Position numbers and translations under genes: made by a program. DNA of 64,000 bases from an uncultured Planctomycetota bacterium (GTDB lineage: Bacteria; Planctomycetota; Planctomycetia; Isosphaerales; Isosphaeraceae), in NCBI GenBank assembly GCA_963845755.1, contig CAWJTV010000040.1:74875-138874 (forward strand). The letters are read 5' to 3'. Positions 32,201 through 44,227 of this stretch are shown in pieces; positions within the stretch are counted from its first letter, which is position 1; the number at the start of each line of letters is the position of its first letter. The notes under the pieces are model-generated. The model was not told where the DNA came from and did no database searches. It saw only the letters and a list, made by a program, of their open reading frames with translations.

Positions 32201-33067
32201 GGCGTCAAGGATATCCTCATCGGCGATGGCGGTTACACGACAGGCGGGCTCTATGGCCGGCTTTACGCCGTGTTCGGCCAGTCCTCCTCCGGCGCATGGT
32301 CCGGCGTCAACACGATCACCGCCGGCGGCCTGCTTACGACGAACACGAACACCCCCATAGTCAGCGGCAATATCGCGGCGCCCGCCGGTTTCATCGTCAA
32401 CGAATCCGCTAACGAAGGTTTTTTGGGCTATGTCATGCCCACCGGCGATGTCATGGGGCATGGCAACGGCATCGCCGACATATTGGTGGGCAGCAACGAC
32501 GGCACCAATCGCGGCGACGGCCATGTATGGGTCATCAAGGGCATGAGCAACACGGCCTGGCAGAACTACAACGACGGCACCGACCCGGTAACCGGCCCGT
32601 TCACCCTGTCGCACATGATTTCAAACGGCGAGGCCTTTAAAATCACCGAAAGCTGCCAGTTTGGAAGCGGGGTTGCCATCGGCGACATCAACGGCGACGG
32701 CGTCGGCGACCTGATCATCGGCGATATTGACTGGGGCGGCGGCTGCACGAGTTCCGGCGCTTATGGATCGGCCTTCGTTATTTTCGGCGGGCCGAGCCTG
32801 GGAACCATGAACCTTCACACCACGGCGCTGACCGGCAGCAACGGCTTCCGCATCGACTGCCCTTCCTCCGCCGAATCCAACGACTATGGCTGCGGGTTCA
32901 TCCAGGGCGTGGGCGACATCAACGACGACGGCGTCACCGACCTCGTCATTGGAGATTATGAAGGCAACGTCACCCCCGGCAACGACGAGGGCTATGCCTA
33001 CGGGCTCTACGGCAGCAAAACGGCCGGTTACTTCGGCAGCGTTTTCCAGCTATCGACCACCTATTGA
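29289..33067 (+). pseudogene. pilin-like N-terminus + FG-GAP/integrin-type beta-propeller adhesin, interrupted by IS5 and frameshifts
   Basis: RAGF-MLIWISVLLLIAG prepilin-like motif, NGRRPCPADG, and many GD(V/I)NGDGxxDL...VIFG repeats; the frame is restored across IS5 (YAL-SKGTAAS). Confidence 0.8.
31031..31940 (+). mobile_element. IS5-family element; intact transposase 31118-31918
   Basis: IRs GAGCG(A)CTCGGAAAAAATGA; TTA target duplication (31028-31030, 31941-31943); GILFVLKTGIAWDDLP, IDAS, GDRGYD, RWYVERTIAWL. Confidence 0.95.
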
Positions 33068-33126
33068 GGGCGGCGGACAGGCAAGGCTGTAAGCGGTCCC
33101 GTTGAAGTTCAGTGCTGTTCCACGGC

Positions 33127-33154
33127 ACATAACATAAGCTCGATTATCAGACAT
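33127..33154 (-). other. dif-like site B: ATGTCTGATAA-TCGAGC-TTATGTTATGT
   Basis: 11-6-11 match to sites A and C; 60 nt after the adhesin stop. Confidence 0.55.
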
Positions 33155-33689
33155 CGCATTATTTTAGTATCGTGTAGTCACTTTTTACTTATGAGCTGCC
33201 TCATCTCCTCTTCGCCGCGGCCGGCGCCGGCGCGAGGACCCGCTCCGCCCGTTGCCGGGTCGTTTCGTCGAACAACGGATCGACGCCGGGTTCCAGAATC
33301 ACCGGCAATTCGAAATCACTTCAGAAGTTGCACACTATTATACACCGCGGAGCAGATCGTCGAGGTGTCACGAACGGACGAGGCCGGGCTCATAGACATC
33401 GCGATCGGATGGGCCACGCGATCGGCCTCCGTCGATACACGCACGAGTTCATAGGCCCGATCCCGCACATCCGGGAGTCTTAGTAGTACACGCAAGGAAC
33501 TATCCCGTATCCCGCAACCTTTGTTTCTTAGCGCCTGGCGTGGCACGCGCTGGCGATGCGGTTTCGCCGCTGGCGCCATTCGGAGATCCGGATCGCCTGC
33601 CGCTCCGGATGCCTGGACGGTCCTGGGGCGAAGATGACTTGCAGCAGTCTCCGGGCATCAGGCAGCGTCAGGCCGTTCTCGGTTTTTTT

Positions 33690-36600
33690 CTAGGCTGGCA
33701 AAGTTAGCTGGAGGCAGCGGTGCTCCAACTCCTTGAGGTAGGCATCGGGATTGTGGCGGAACCGGCGTTGCTTCCGCCGCGATTCCCGCCGCGCCTCCAA
33801 CTCCGCGCGCACTTTCTTCCAGCCCTCAAGATAGCCCGGGCTCAGCACCAAGCCTTCGTCCGGCCGCCGCCGCGTCGCCAGCCCCGAGATCACCCGCGCC
33901 GAGCCCATCACCACCAAGCCCGGCGACCCCCGACGCCGACCGCTGGCCCGTGCTCGTGGTAGCGATGACTGCCGAAGGTGTGTTCCAGGTCGTTATTCGT
34001 CCGCGGCAGGTCCGCCGAGTCGTAGCAGGCAAACAAGCCCGGCCAGTAGCTCCGAGTCACCTTCACGAACTGCTTCAAACCCGCTCGCACCGCGGGCTCG
34101 GTCGTCGTGGCCGCCGCCCGGCGCATCCGTACCAGCAGTTGCACCATCCGTCGTCGCACTTTCTTCGCCGGCAGCCCCTCCTCGTTCTTGAGGATCCGGG
34201 CGGGGCGCTTGACCCACTGGTAAGACTCCCGCACCGCCGGGAACAACGCGGCCGTCTCCTCCAGCCCGCGCCGCAGCACCTGCTGCAGCCGTTTCAAGCC
34301 CCCGGGCCAGGCCCCCGCCGTGGCGACCAAATGGTCCAGGCTGGCGGCAATCCGGCTCAATCGATCCTGCCGCTTTAGCCCCAATACCGTTTAAGGAAGC
34401 ATAACCACTGTCTCTGCAAAGGTTTTCTTCAAGGGCGGAATGTGTCGATGTTTGGATCGTTTCTTTTTCCACTTGGACATTTTACGCTTGATCACTCGCG
34501 GATTGATCCGGTTCCTCCGCATTTCGTCATCGGTGCGCTCCCCCTGCATCTCCCACAATAATCCCTGGTACCACTCCTCGAACGCCTCGGGGGTCGAGCT
34601 GTTGCATTCTGGCAACCGGCACTTGAGGATCTGGAAGCACCCCAGAAACGACAGCCGATCCGGGTCCAGCCCCACGGTCCCGGCGGCCGCAACCATCAAG
34701 GCTCGGATCACGAAATGACCCAGCGACAGGCGCATAGATCTCCTGGATCACCCCCGCCGGGGTCTCGCTTCGCATCTGTGCCGGCTTGGTCGCCCGCCGC
34801 GGATCATGATGGGTCTTTTGCTCATCATAGACCAACTCCTGTTCCCATCTCTCGTGATAAAGAATAATCAATTCTTCAGCAGGATAAAGCTCCGCGTCAA
34901 GGAGATTCGTGATCAGCACATGAGTTTCACCGTGTCCGACTCGTTGCGGGTCGTCCAGTGTATAGCGGATCACCCGGACGACGATCCCATCCCGATCGAT
35001 CTGACGGTCGTAGCAACCCCGATAAATCTTGGCCAGGTACGAGCCATCCGCCAGGTTTTGGATCGACTTGAGGATCAAGCCGCTTTTCACGCGTGCCAAC
35101 AGCCGGACGCCCCGCAACATCGCCGTTTTCCAGTGGTCATAGCTGAAAAACCCGCGATCCTCCAACAGGAGCATCTCCGGAGTCAGATGGCGGAGCAAGC
35201 CGCCGACCATCGACGGTTCGCCGTGGGCGATCGACCGGACCACGAAGGCCAGTTCGATGTGGGTCCCCAATTCGACCAGGCTCAGCTTGCGGACTTGGGG
35301 GAACGCGCCGTCGCCGCGCGGCCCGGCCGAGGGGTGCGCGAAGGCCACGGCGTTGGCCTCCGAGTCGGGGACATCGTAGACGGTCCCATCGATGCCGACC
35401 AGGCGGAACCCGCGGTAGAAGGCTCCGGGCGTATCGGGCCGGGCCAGAGGATGAACGACGTGCTCGAACAGGTGGCGGACCGGCGCGATGCCCAGGCGTT
35501 GCCGGGCCACACACAGGCTGGATCGATGGGGACTCTCCTCGCCGACTCGGAGCCGGCGTGCATGCTTGAAGACTTGGCGGATCGGCAAGTCGGTCAACAG
35601 CCCCATGGCCAGGACCACCCAGCAAACAATCTCGTGGGTCAGTGTGCAACGTCGTTGATTGGTTTTACCGGTGGCCGCGAGGACTTGGCGAACGGCCTCG
35701 GGCGAGATAATCTGTTCCAGTCCCGCCAAGCGATCCAAGATCCGGCCCGACGCATCGGGCGGCAGCGTGCAATGTCCGTGCGGCATGCGAGTCATGGCCT
35801 CCGTGTTGCTTGGGTCGTGAGTAAACCCAAAGTAACAGGAGGCTGTGGCTTGCGCCTATTTCAACGGTATTGGCTTTAGCCCGGAGGCCACCAGCGGCGG
35901 CAGGGCGTCGTCGGTCAAGGCCCCGCGCACCGCGGCGCAGTAATCCCGCACCACCTTCGCCTCCGCGTCCTCCGCGTCGTCCTCCAGCGTCTTCTCCGCC
36001 GCACGCTCGATCTTCCGGATCCCCCGCACCCGCTTCTTCAACTCTTTCTTGGCGTGGCGATCCGCCTCGTAAATCGGCTTGGCCGCCTCGCGGAGGTAGT
36101 GGAAATGGCAGAGTTGATGGGGGACACCTTTGAGGGCCATACCCACGGCGTTGCGGATGCTCTCCTGACCGTCGGAGACCACGCCGGTAATCGGCACTGG
36201 CAAGGCCTTGCGCACCTGGTTGATCAGGCCGGCCAGGTCCTTGGCGGTGGACGACAACAGGCTCTTGGCCAGGAGGATCTCGCCGGAGAGGCAGTCGCGC
36301 AGCACCCAGAGGACCTCGTGGCCGACATCCGGCTGCAGGCCGTCGATGGCCAGGATGACGCGGCCCTGCGGGCGCAACAGCGGACCCAGTCGCTGGGGAT
36401 CGGCCGTGGCCAGGGACCGCAGCTCGTCGTAGCGGTCCAACAGGTTGGTGACGGTGCGCTCGGCCAGGATGAGCCCGCGGTGCGTGAGCTCGCGGTGGAT
36501 CTCGGGGATGCTGCGGTGCTCGGCATAGCGGAGCCGGCCCACCAGGGCCATGACGTCGAGGCCGAACTCGTGATAGGGCAAGGCGAAATGGGGCTCAGCC

Positions 36601-36897
36601 TCGGGGCGGTAGGGACGGAGGAAGCGGGAGCAGGCGGGATTGGGGCAGCGTCGGATCGTCAGGGTCAGCCGGAAGACGCCGTCGAGGGTGCTGATGGTGC
36701 GAAAGTTGTTGTAGTCGGCACCGGTCCGGTGCCGGCACTCGGGGCAGTTCAAAAGGACCGGGGTGAGGGTCAGGTCGCGATCCGGTTGTGGTCGTGGTCG
36801 TCGTCGTTTGCGATTACGCATGGAAAGCCTCCTCTGCTCTATTCTTACGTCCATTATACCGAGCCGAGGGGCTGACCAGCTACTTTTGCCACCCTAG
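33690..36897 (-). mobile_element. ISNCY-like element (transposase 36821-33690, split by IS4) inserted in the IS701 A7 run
   Basis: IRs CTAGGCTGGCAAAGTTAGCTG / CTAGGGTGGCAAAAGTAGCTG; T7 duplicated on both sides; AIDGLQPDVGHEVLW, VVSDGQ, LPRTNNDLE. Confidence 0.85.
34382..35872 (-). mobile_element. IS4-family element; transposase 35795-34391 with one frameshift
   Basis: IRs CAATACCGTT; 10-bp target duplication GCTTTAGCCC (34372-34381, 35873-35882); GIDGT, EDRGFFSY, YHERWEQELVYDEQK. Confidence 0.95.
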
Positions 36898-38534
36898 TTT
36901 TTTTCTCCCATCGGCCGCGTCTGCAGGACCAAGAACCACATCGCCAACATGACCAAGGTCATGTGGTGGTGAAAGCCGCGCCAGCCCCGGACCTCATAGT
37001 CGTCCAGCCCCAGTTCCTGTTTGCCACGCAAAAAACTGTCCTCGATGGGCCAGCGGGTATGCCCGGCTTGCGCCAACTCCAACAGCGGGCAACTCGGGCT
37101 GGCGTTGCTCAGGTAGTACTTGATGTACGGGGCTTGATCGCAACCGCGCTCGATCACCAACCACAGCTCCGGCCCCGGCAGATCGTTCCGTTCGACCACC
37201 CAACGGACCGCGGCGAAGTGCGCCACTTGAATCCCTTTGGTCCCTTCCCGAAAACTCAGCCGCTTCCAGACGCCAGACGGCAACGCCGCCGCGATCTCCT
37301 CGGCCGTTTGCGGCTTGGGTTGATCCGGTGCGACGCGCGGTTTGGTCCGGCGTCGGCCGCCCTGCCGCCCCCCGGGCGGCTCTTCCACCTCGGGGCGGCG
37401 CAACCAGCCGCGGCATGTCTTGGGGACTTCGCCGATATAACGTTCGCCCAGTTCCTCCAGACCACTGAGGAATTCGGGATCCTTGCCGTAGCCTTCGTCG
37501 AAGGTCACCCAGCCATGGCGGATCTTCGGTCCTACGTTGCGAATCAACTCGAAGGCCAACTCCGGCTTGGTGCGAAAGACGACGTCTTCGGGCACGCCGG
37601 CTTCTTTGCGGCGGGGAGCATCCGTGGCCCATTCCTCTTCCGGAAGATACAACCGTTCGTCCAGCAGGGTATGACCCGCCGCACTGGCGTAGGCCAGGAA
37701 AACTGCCACCTGGCAGTTATCGATTTTGCCGGTAGCTCCGCAGTACTGCCGGGCCACTCCCACGCTCTTGTCGCCGCACTTGGGGATCGCCGACTCATCC
37801 ACGATCAGCGTGCCGCCGCCGCTGCCGAGTTCCTGGTCCACCCAGCGAACCAGTTCCTCACGGAGCGGTTCGTCCGCCCAGGCCGACTGTCCCAGGAACA
37901 CCTGGGTCATCCGCACTTGCGACGGATCGCGATGCACGTTCAGGGCGATGGCTTCCGCCGTTTTGGTGCTTTCGGCATCCAAGAGCAAACCGCGGAGATA
38001 CGCCTTGGCCCGCTCTTTGCGACTCGCCGTTCGCTCGTCTTCCACCAGCAACGGCGTGAACCGCTCCGTGAATTCCTCGAACAGAGGCAACGCCTGCCGC
38101 AGGTCTTTCGGGGTCATCGACAGCCTCCATGCCGGCCAGTCACCAATTCCATCGGGCTCCGAGGACCGCCCAGCCTATCCAAGACACCCCTGCGGGAAAA
38201 GGTCAAGTTTCTTGCGCTGTACTATTAGAGCCAGTCCGCGAACGAATCCGTAGGCATTCCCAGGAGCATCCCAGGGGCCGACGGCGATCAGACACGTTCA
38301 GGTTACCCCGGGCGTTTGAGGGCTGCCATCGCCGAACAGTGGTTCCGCCTCGCGGCGAGAGGTATACTCCGGCTGACCGCGGAGTCCGACCGACGGAAGT
38401 CGTCCGTCGGTCGATCGGTCTCCTGGGGTCCATCCCGCCGCATCCTGGCTGCGACCTGAGCGCCCCACGGACGTCCGGTGTTCTTATTCCGTCTGATCCG
38501 AGGGCCAGTGAGACAACGCGTGGAGGAAACCGCA

Positions 38535-39092
38535 ATGAGTAGCCGCACGATCCTCGCCCTGCTCGCCGCCTTCGGCCTCGGCGTCCTCGCGGGGCGGGGC
38601 ACAGGCCCATCGGCCAGAGCCCAGGACAAGGCCGTAGCCGATCCCTACGCCGAGATGCTGCACGTCGGCGTCGTGGTCAAGGACCTGGACCAGGCCGTCG
38701 CCCGCTGGAAGGCCATGGGATTCAGCGACATCCGCGTCTCGCCGCCGAACAAGGGCGTGGACCGCACCTACCACGGCAAGCCGATCGACGTGGCCCTCAA
38801 GCAGGCGTTCGTCCACGGGACTCGCCCGATGATCGAGCTGATGGAGCCACTCGGGGACGGTCCGAGCCCCTGGGGCGACTACCTCAAGGAGCACGGCGAG
38901 GCGCTGCACCACGTCGCCTTCCGCATCCCGGACACCGGGCCGGAGTTGGAGAAGTACCGAGGGCTGGGCCTGGAGGCCATCGCATCGGGCAAGTGGCCGG
39001 AGGGCCAGACGCGCTGGGGGACGTTCCACTACGTGCAGGACCCGAAGGGGGGCGTCATCGTCGAGTTCATCTCGCGAATCCCCCGGAAGTGA
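38535..39092 (+). CDS. VOC-family (glyoxalase/methylmalonyl-CoA epimerase-like) protein with signal peptide
   Basis: LHVGVVVKDLD, IELMEP, HGEALHHVAF, IVEF; N-terminal hydrophobic leader ending ARA-QD. Confidence 0.85.
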   Translation: MSSRTILALLAAFGLGVLAGRGTGPSARAQDKAVADPYAEMLHVGVVVKDLDQAVARWKAMGFSDIRVSPPNKGVDRTYHGKPIDVALKQAFVHGTRPMIELMEPLGDGPSPWGDYLKEHGEALHHVAFRIPDTGPELEKYRGLGLEAIASGKWPEGQTRWGTFHYVQDPKGGVIVEFISRIPRK

Positions 39093-39309
39093 GCGACCGG
39101 ACCCCGGATGACTGGACGGGTCCTCGCTCCTGGCTTGTGTTCCCCATGCCGGCCGACGCGCATCGCGGGGAGCATTTTGGGACGAGCCTGTCCCGCTGAG
39201 GTCTTGAAAGCCGCCCGTCCGGTATGCGACGGCAGATAACCATGACCCGCTGGTCCGCTTCGAGCGATGAGACGGCCCAGGATCCGATCGGAAAGGCGGC
39301 CCGCCGAGC

Positions 39310-40643
39310 ATGACCAGAACACCGCCTCCTGCACCTGTCACTTCTCTCGGCGACTTAGCGGCGAGTCCATCATCGACGCGTTCGCGCGGCTGGGTGTGGT
39401 GGATCTGCGGCTGCTGATGCTCGCGACCGTCGTGAACTACATGGATCGTCAGGCGCTGTCCGTCACCGCCCGGCGGATCAAGTCCGAGATGAGGCTGACG
39501 AACGAGGATTACGGCTGGCTCGAGACCGGCTTCGGGATCGCCTTCGCCCTGGGGCAAACTCTGCTGGGCATCCTTGCGGATCGGGTCAATGTGCGATGGT
39601 ACTACCCCCTTCTGTTGGCCTTGTGGTCCCTGATGGGATTCGCCACAGGGCTGATGTACACGTTCACCGGCCTGTTGACCTGTCGGGTGTTACTTGGGCT
39701 ATTCGAAGGCGGGAATTGGCCTTGTGGACTCAAGACGATTCAACACTTATTGCCCCCGGCAGAGCGAGCACTGGGGAGCGGCATCCTGCAGAGCGGTGGC
39801 GCCATCGGCGCGATGCTCATGCCGCTGGTCGTGGGCCTGCTCCTGAGCGACGAGCTGGGAAGTTGGCGGCTGCCGTTTCAGGTGATCGGCGCCACCGGAT
39901 TGTGCTGGGTGGTCCTATGGCTCGCTTCGGTGCGCAATGCAGACCTTCACGTACCGGCTGACGACGGGAATCCCACAAAGGAGGTTTCTCACGGGCTCCA
40001 GGAAGACGAGAGGTCCTTCTGGCGGATTCTCTTCTCCGCGCGTTTTGCAGTCGTCCTGTGTGTCAGCGTCAGCGTCAATCTGTGCTGGCACATGCTGCGC
40101 GTCTGGTTGCCGCTGTTCTTGCAGGAAGGACGCGGCTATCGCGAGACGACGATGCTGGGCTTCAATGCCGCTTTCTTCGTCGCCGCCGACATCGGGTGCC
40201 TGGCGACGGGCGCCATCGCGCTCGGCCTACAGCGCCGCGGGCTCTCGTTGCCGCGAGCCCGGTCGCTCGTTTATCTGGCCTGCTGCCTGCTCACCGCGTG
40301 TGCCACGCTCGCGGCCTTCCTGCCGGCCGGTCTCGGGCTGATGGCGGTGCTCCTCCTGGTGGGTTTCGGCAGCCTGGGATTGTTCCCGTTCTTCTATGCC
40401 CTGAGCCAGGAGCTCAGCGTGCGGCACCAGGGCAAGATCATCGGCGTCCTGGGAACCTCGGCCTGGGCTGCGCTGTCGGTGTTCCATCCCTTGTTCGGGC
40501 GTTATATCGATGCGACCGGTTCCTTCGATGTCGGGCTCGCGATCATCGGCTGGCTGCCCCTCGCGTCGTGGGTCGTCCTGTGGCGCTTCTGGCCCGGCTC
40601 GCGAGACTCGTCTCAACATCCCGTCGGAGAGGCCACCTCATGA
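39310..40643 (+). CDS. MFS transporter, ACS/ExuT-like (frameshift near start)
   Basis: VNYMDRQALS, GILADRVNVR, CRVLLGLFEGGNWP; many transmembrane segments. Confidence 0.9.
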
Positions 40644-41411
40644 TTCAAGTCCGGACTCAGGGTCCTCGTGACCGGCGGCGCCTCGGGCATCGGCTGGGCG
40701 ATTGCCCTCGTGCTGCAAGAACAGGGCGCCCGGGTGCATCTCTGCGACGCCTCGTCGGAGCTGCTGGCCCAGGCCCTCCGGCAACAGCCGGAGATGAGCG
40801 GCAGCGTGGCTGACGTTTCCGACGCGCAGCACGTGGACCGCGTCTTTGATGACGTGCGGCAGTCACTCGGCGGCCTCGATGTGCTCGTGAACAACGCCGG
40901 GATCGCCGGTCCCACGGCCGCGGTCGAGGAGATCTTTCCGGACGACTGGTCGCGCACGATCGCCGTGAACATCACGGGCCAATTCCTGTGCGCCCGCCGC
41001 GCGGTCCCCTTCCTCAAAGCGGCCGGCGGCGGCTCGATCATCAACATGTCCTCCGCCGCCGGCCGACTGGGCTATCCGCTGCGGACGCCGTATGCGGCCT
41101 CGAAATGGGCCGTCATCGGCTTCACCAAGAGCCTGGCCATGGAGCTGGGACCGCACGACATCCGAGTGAATGCCCTGCTGCCGGGCATCGTGGATGGCGA
41201 GCGGATGCGCCGCGTGATCGCCGCGCGCGCCGACGCTCAGGGCATTCCCTACGACGAGATGGAGCGCCGGTACCTCAGGCAGGTCTCGCTTCGCCGCATG
41301 GTCACGCCCGCCGACGTGGCGGCGATGGTCCTGTTCCTCTGCTCGCCGGCCGGTCGCAACATCAGCGGACAGTCGCTGGGTGTCTGCGGCAACGTCGAGT
41401 CCTTGCGATAA
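40640..41411 (+). CDS. short-chain dehydrogenase/reductase
   Basis: TGGASGIG, NNAG, YAASK motifs. Confidence 0.95.
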
Positions 41412-41461
41412 CTGGGATCTGTCAAACGATCCCTGACCGCGCCCCCATCTGGGAGTCATCA

Positions 41462-43142
41462 ATGCCGCATCTGACCGGTGCCCAGTTCCTCGCCGATAGC
41501 CTCCATGCTCAGGGCGTCACGCACGTCTTCTTCGTGCCGGCGATCCTCAGTCACACGCTGGCGGAACTGGACAGGCGGACGCCGATCCAGCGGATCCTGA
41601 CCCATGGGGAGAAATCCGCGGTGTACATGGCCGATGGCTACGCCCGGGCCTCCGGGCGCGTCGGCGTGAGCTTCGCCCAGTGCATCGGCGCGGCGAACCT
41701 GGCGGCGGGATTGCGCGATCCCTATCTCGCCTGCTCGCCGCTGGTGGTCCTGACCGGCGGTCCGTATGCGGAATCACGCAGTCGCCACGTCTATCAGGAG
41801 ATCGAGGACTATCCGCTCTTCAAACCCCTGACCAAGTACAGCGCCCGCGTCGACACGGTGACGCGGCTGCCCGACACGCTGCGTCAGGCATTCCGCGCCG
41901 CCACGACGGGCACGCCGGGGCCGGCGCATCTGGAACTCGCCGGCCACATGGGCGAGCTGGAACGGGAGGCGGCCGATCTGGAGGTCATCGCCGAGCCGCA
42001 ATTCGGCCGGGTCCCGCCGCTACGAATCGCACCCGATCCGCAGGCGGTGCGAGAGGCGGCACAACGGCTCGGCGCGGCGGAACGGCCCATCATCGTCGCC
42101 GGAGGCGGCGCGGACCTCGGACGCGGGCGCGGAGCTGCGCGAACTGGCCGAGCGGCTGGCGATCCCCGTCGCCACCTCGCTCAATGCCAAGGATCTCCTC
42201 CCCGGCGACCATCCGCTCAACGTGGGAGTCGTCGGCACCTACGCGCGACAAAGCGCCAATCGCGCCGTGCTGGCCGCGGACCTGGTGTTCTTCGTCGGCA
42301 GTCATACCGGAAGCCAGGTCACCGCCAAATGGCGGGTGCCGCGGCCGGGCACGACGGTCATTCAGTTGGATATCAATCCGGCGGAACTCGGGCGGCATTA
42401 TCCCAATCGCGTCTCGCTCTGGGGCGATGCCAGGCTCGGACTCCATGATCTGATCGAGTCGAGCGACGCGGGCACGGCCGGTCATCGCCGCGGGTGGGTC
42501 GAGCAGGTCCAGACCCTGGCGCACGAGTGGCGGGCCGAGGTGGCGCCGCAGATGGAGTCGGACGCCGTCCCGATTCGCCCCGAGCGAATCTGCCGTGAAC
42601 TGAGCCGATACCTACCCGACGATGCGCTGGTGGTGTCCGAGACCGGACATGCCGGAATGTGGACCGGGGCGATGCTCGACCTGAGTCGCCCCGGCCAGAG
42701 CTACATCCGGGCGGCGGGTTCGCTGGGCTGGGGCCTGCCGGCGGCGCTGGGAGCGAAGCTGGCCGTACCCCAGCGGCCCGTGCTGCTGTTCTCCGGCGAT
42801 GGCGGCTTCTGGTATCACCTCAGCGAGCTGGAGACCGCCGTGCGCTGGAACATCAACGCCGTGCTCCTGGTCAACAACAACCGCTCGCTCAACATGGAGA
42901 TCGATATCTACAAGGACGCTTACGGCGGGCAACTGGAGCGGAATCACGGAGATCTCTGGAAGTTCCGGGACGTCAGCTTCGCCGCCGTGGCCGAGACGAT
43001 GGGAGCCAAGGGCATCCGCGTCCGGAAGCCTTGCGAGATCGCTGGTGCACTGGAGCAGGCATTCGCCGCCCAGGGGCCCTGTGTCGTTGATGTGGCAAGC
43101 GACATCGATGCGATCGCTCCCTGGGGTGACGTGGGTGCGTGA
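41462..43142 (+). CDS. thiamine-diphosphate-binding enzyme (acetolactate synthase-like; frameshifted)
   Basis: THGEKSAVYMADGYAR; GSLGWGLPAALG; GDGGF...NN TPP-binding motif. Confidence 0.92.
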
Positions 43143-43177
43143 TCGTGATCCCGTGAAGCTGGAGGGCGAACCCGACC

Positions 43178-44151
43178 ATGAAACCGATCCACGGCATCCG
43201 CCGAGTCGCCGTCCTCGGGCTGGGGACGATGGGCCATGGCATCGCCCAGACGTTCGCCCTGGCCGGCTACGACGTCGCTTGTTTCGACGAGTCGGCGAGC
43301 GTCCGGGACTCCTTGGTCGAGCGTGTCCGCGAGAATCTGGCGGCCTTCGTGGCCGCGGAATTGGTCGGACCCGAGCAGGTCGAACCCACGCTGGCTCGCC
43401 TCAGCCTGACCGACACGGAAGACGAGGCGGTCGCCGACGCGCAATTCGTGACCGAAGCGATCCCCGAGGACCTGGCGGTCAAGCAGGCACTGCTGGCGCG
43501 GCTGGAACGGATCACGGCACCGGAGACGATCCTGGCGAGCAACTCGTCGAGTTTTCCCATCTCGCAATCGGGCCAGTCTGCTCGAACATCCGGAACGGGC
43601 GCTGGTGACCCACTGGTTCAATCCGCCCCATCTGACGCCGGTCGTCGAGGTCGTTCCCAGTCCGCGCACGAGCGAAGCGGTCGTGCAGGCCACGATGCGG
43701 CTCCTCGCTCGCATCGGCAAGGTGCCGATCCACGTGCGGCGGGAATTGCCCGGCTTCCTCGTCAACCGGGTGCAGGTCGCGATCCAGCGCGAGGTATGGG
43801 ATCTGGTCGAACAAGGGGTGGCCACGCCGGAAGAGATCGACGCCGCCATCCGCGGCACGGTCGGCTTTCGCTTCGCCGTCATGGGACCCCTGGAGATTCA
43901 CGACTTCGCGGGGCTCGACATCCAGCTCGCGACCTATCGCAACCTCGTGGGCGAGATTCGCAGCGATACCATCAGCGCCGGCCGTCCTGGACGGGCTCGT
44001 GGCCGAGGGTCATCTGGGAATCAAGAGCGGCCAGGGTTTTTACGACTATCCCCACGAGCGACTCGTCGCCCGACGTACGCGTCGGGACTCGCTGTTGCTG
44101 AAGCTCTGGAAACTGCTCTATCGCTCCGGCCCCGAGGACGGGACGTCCTGA
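43178..44151 (+). CDS. 3-hydroxyacyl-CoA dehydrogenase family (frameshifted)
   Basis: GLGTMG, EAIPEDLAVK, ASNSSS, HWFNPP, PGFLVNR, GHLGIKSGQGFY. Confidence 0.92.
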
Positions 44152-44227
44152 CACTGACTCGAAGAATCGTTGATGTGGATTGGTTAAGATCGGCATCGCT
44201 CCGGACCCTCCTACCTGAGGCAGCCCC

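Larger units (their letters stand above)
33484..38224 (-). mobile_element. IS701-family element (main transposase ORF 36894-38117) containing two nested IS
   Basis: IRs TAGTACA(G)CGCAAG.AACT; TTAG target duplication (33480-33483, 38225-38228); IVDESAIPKCGDKSVGVARQYCG, FDEGYG, RWPIEDSFLRGKQELGLDDYEVR. Confidence 0.92.

Noticed and set aside
33089..33110. GTAAGCGGTCCCGTTG, resembling an IS66 terminus
   Set aside because: No partner IR or transposase sequence follows.
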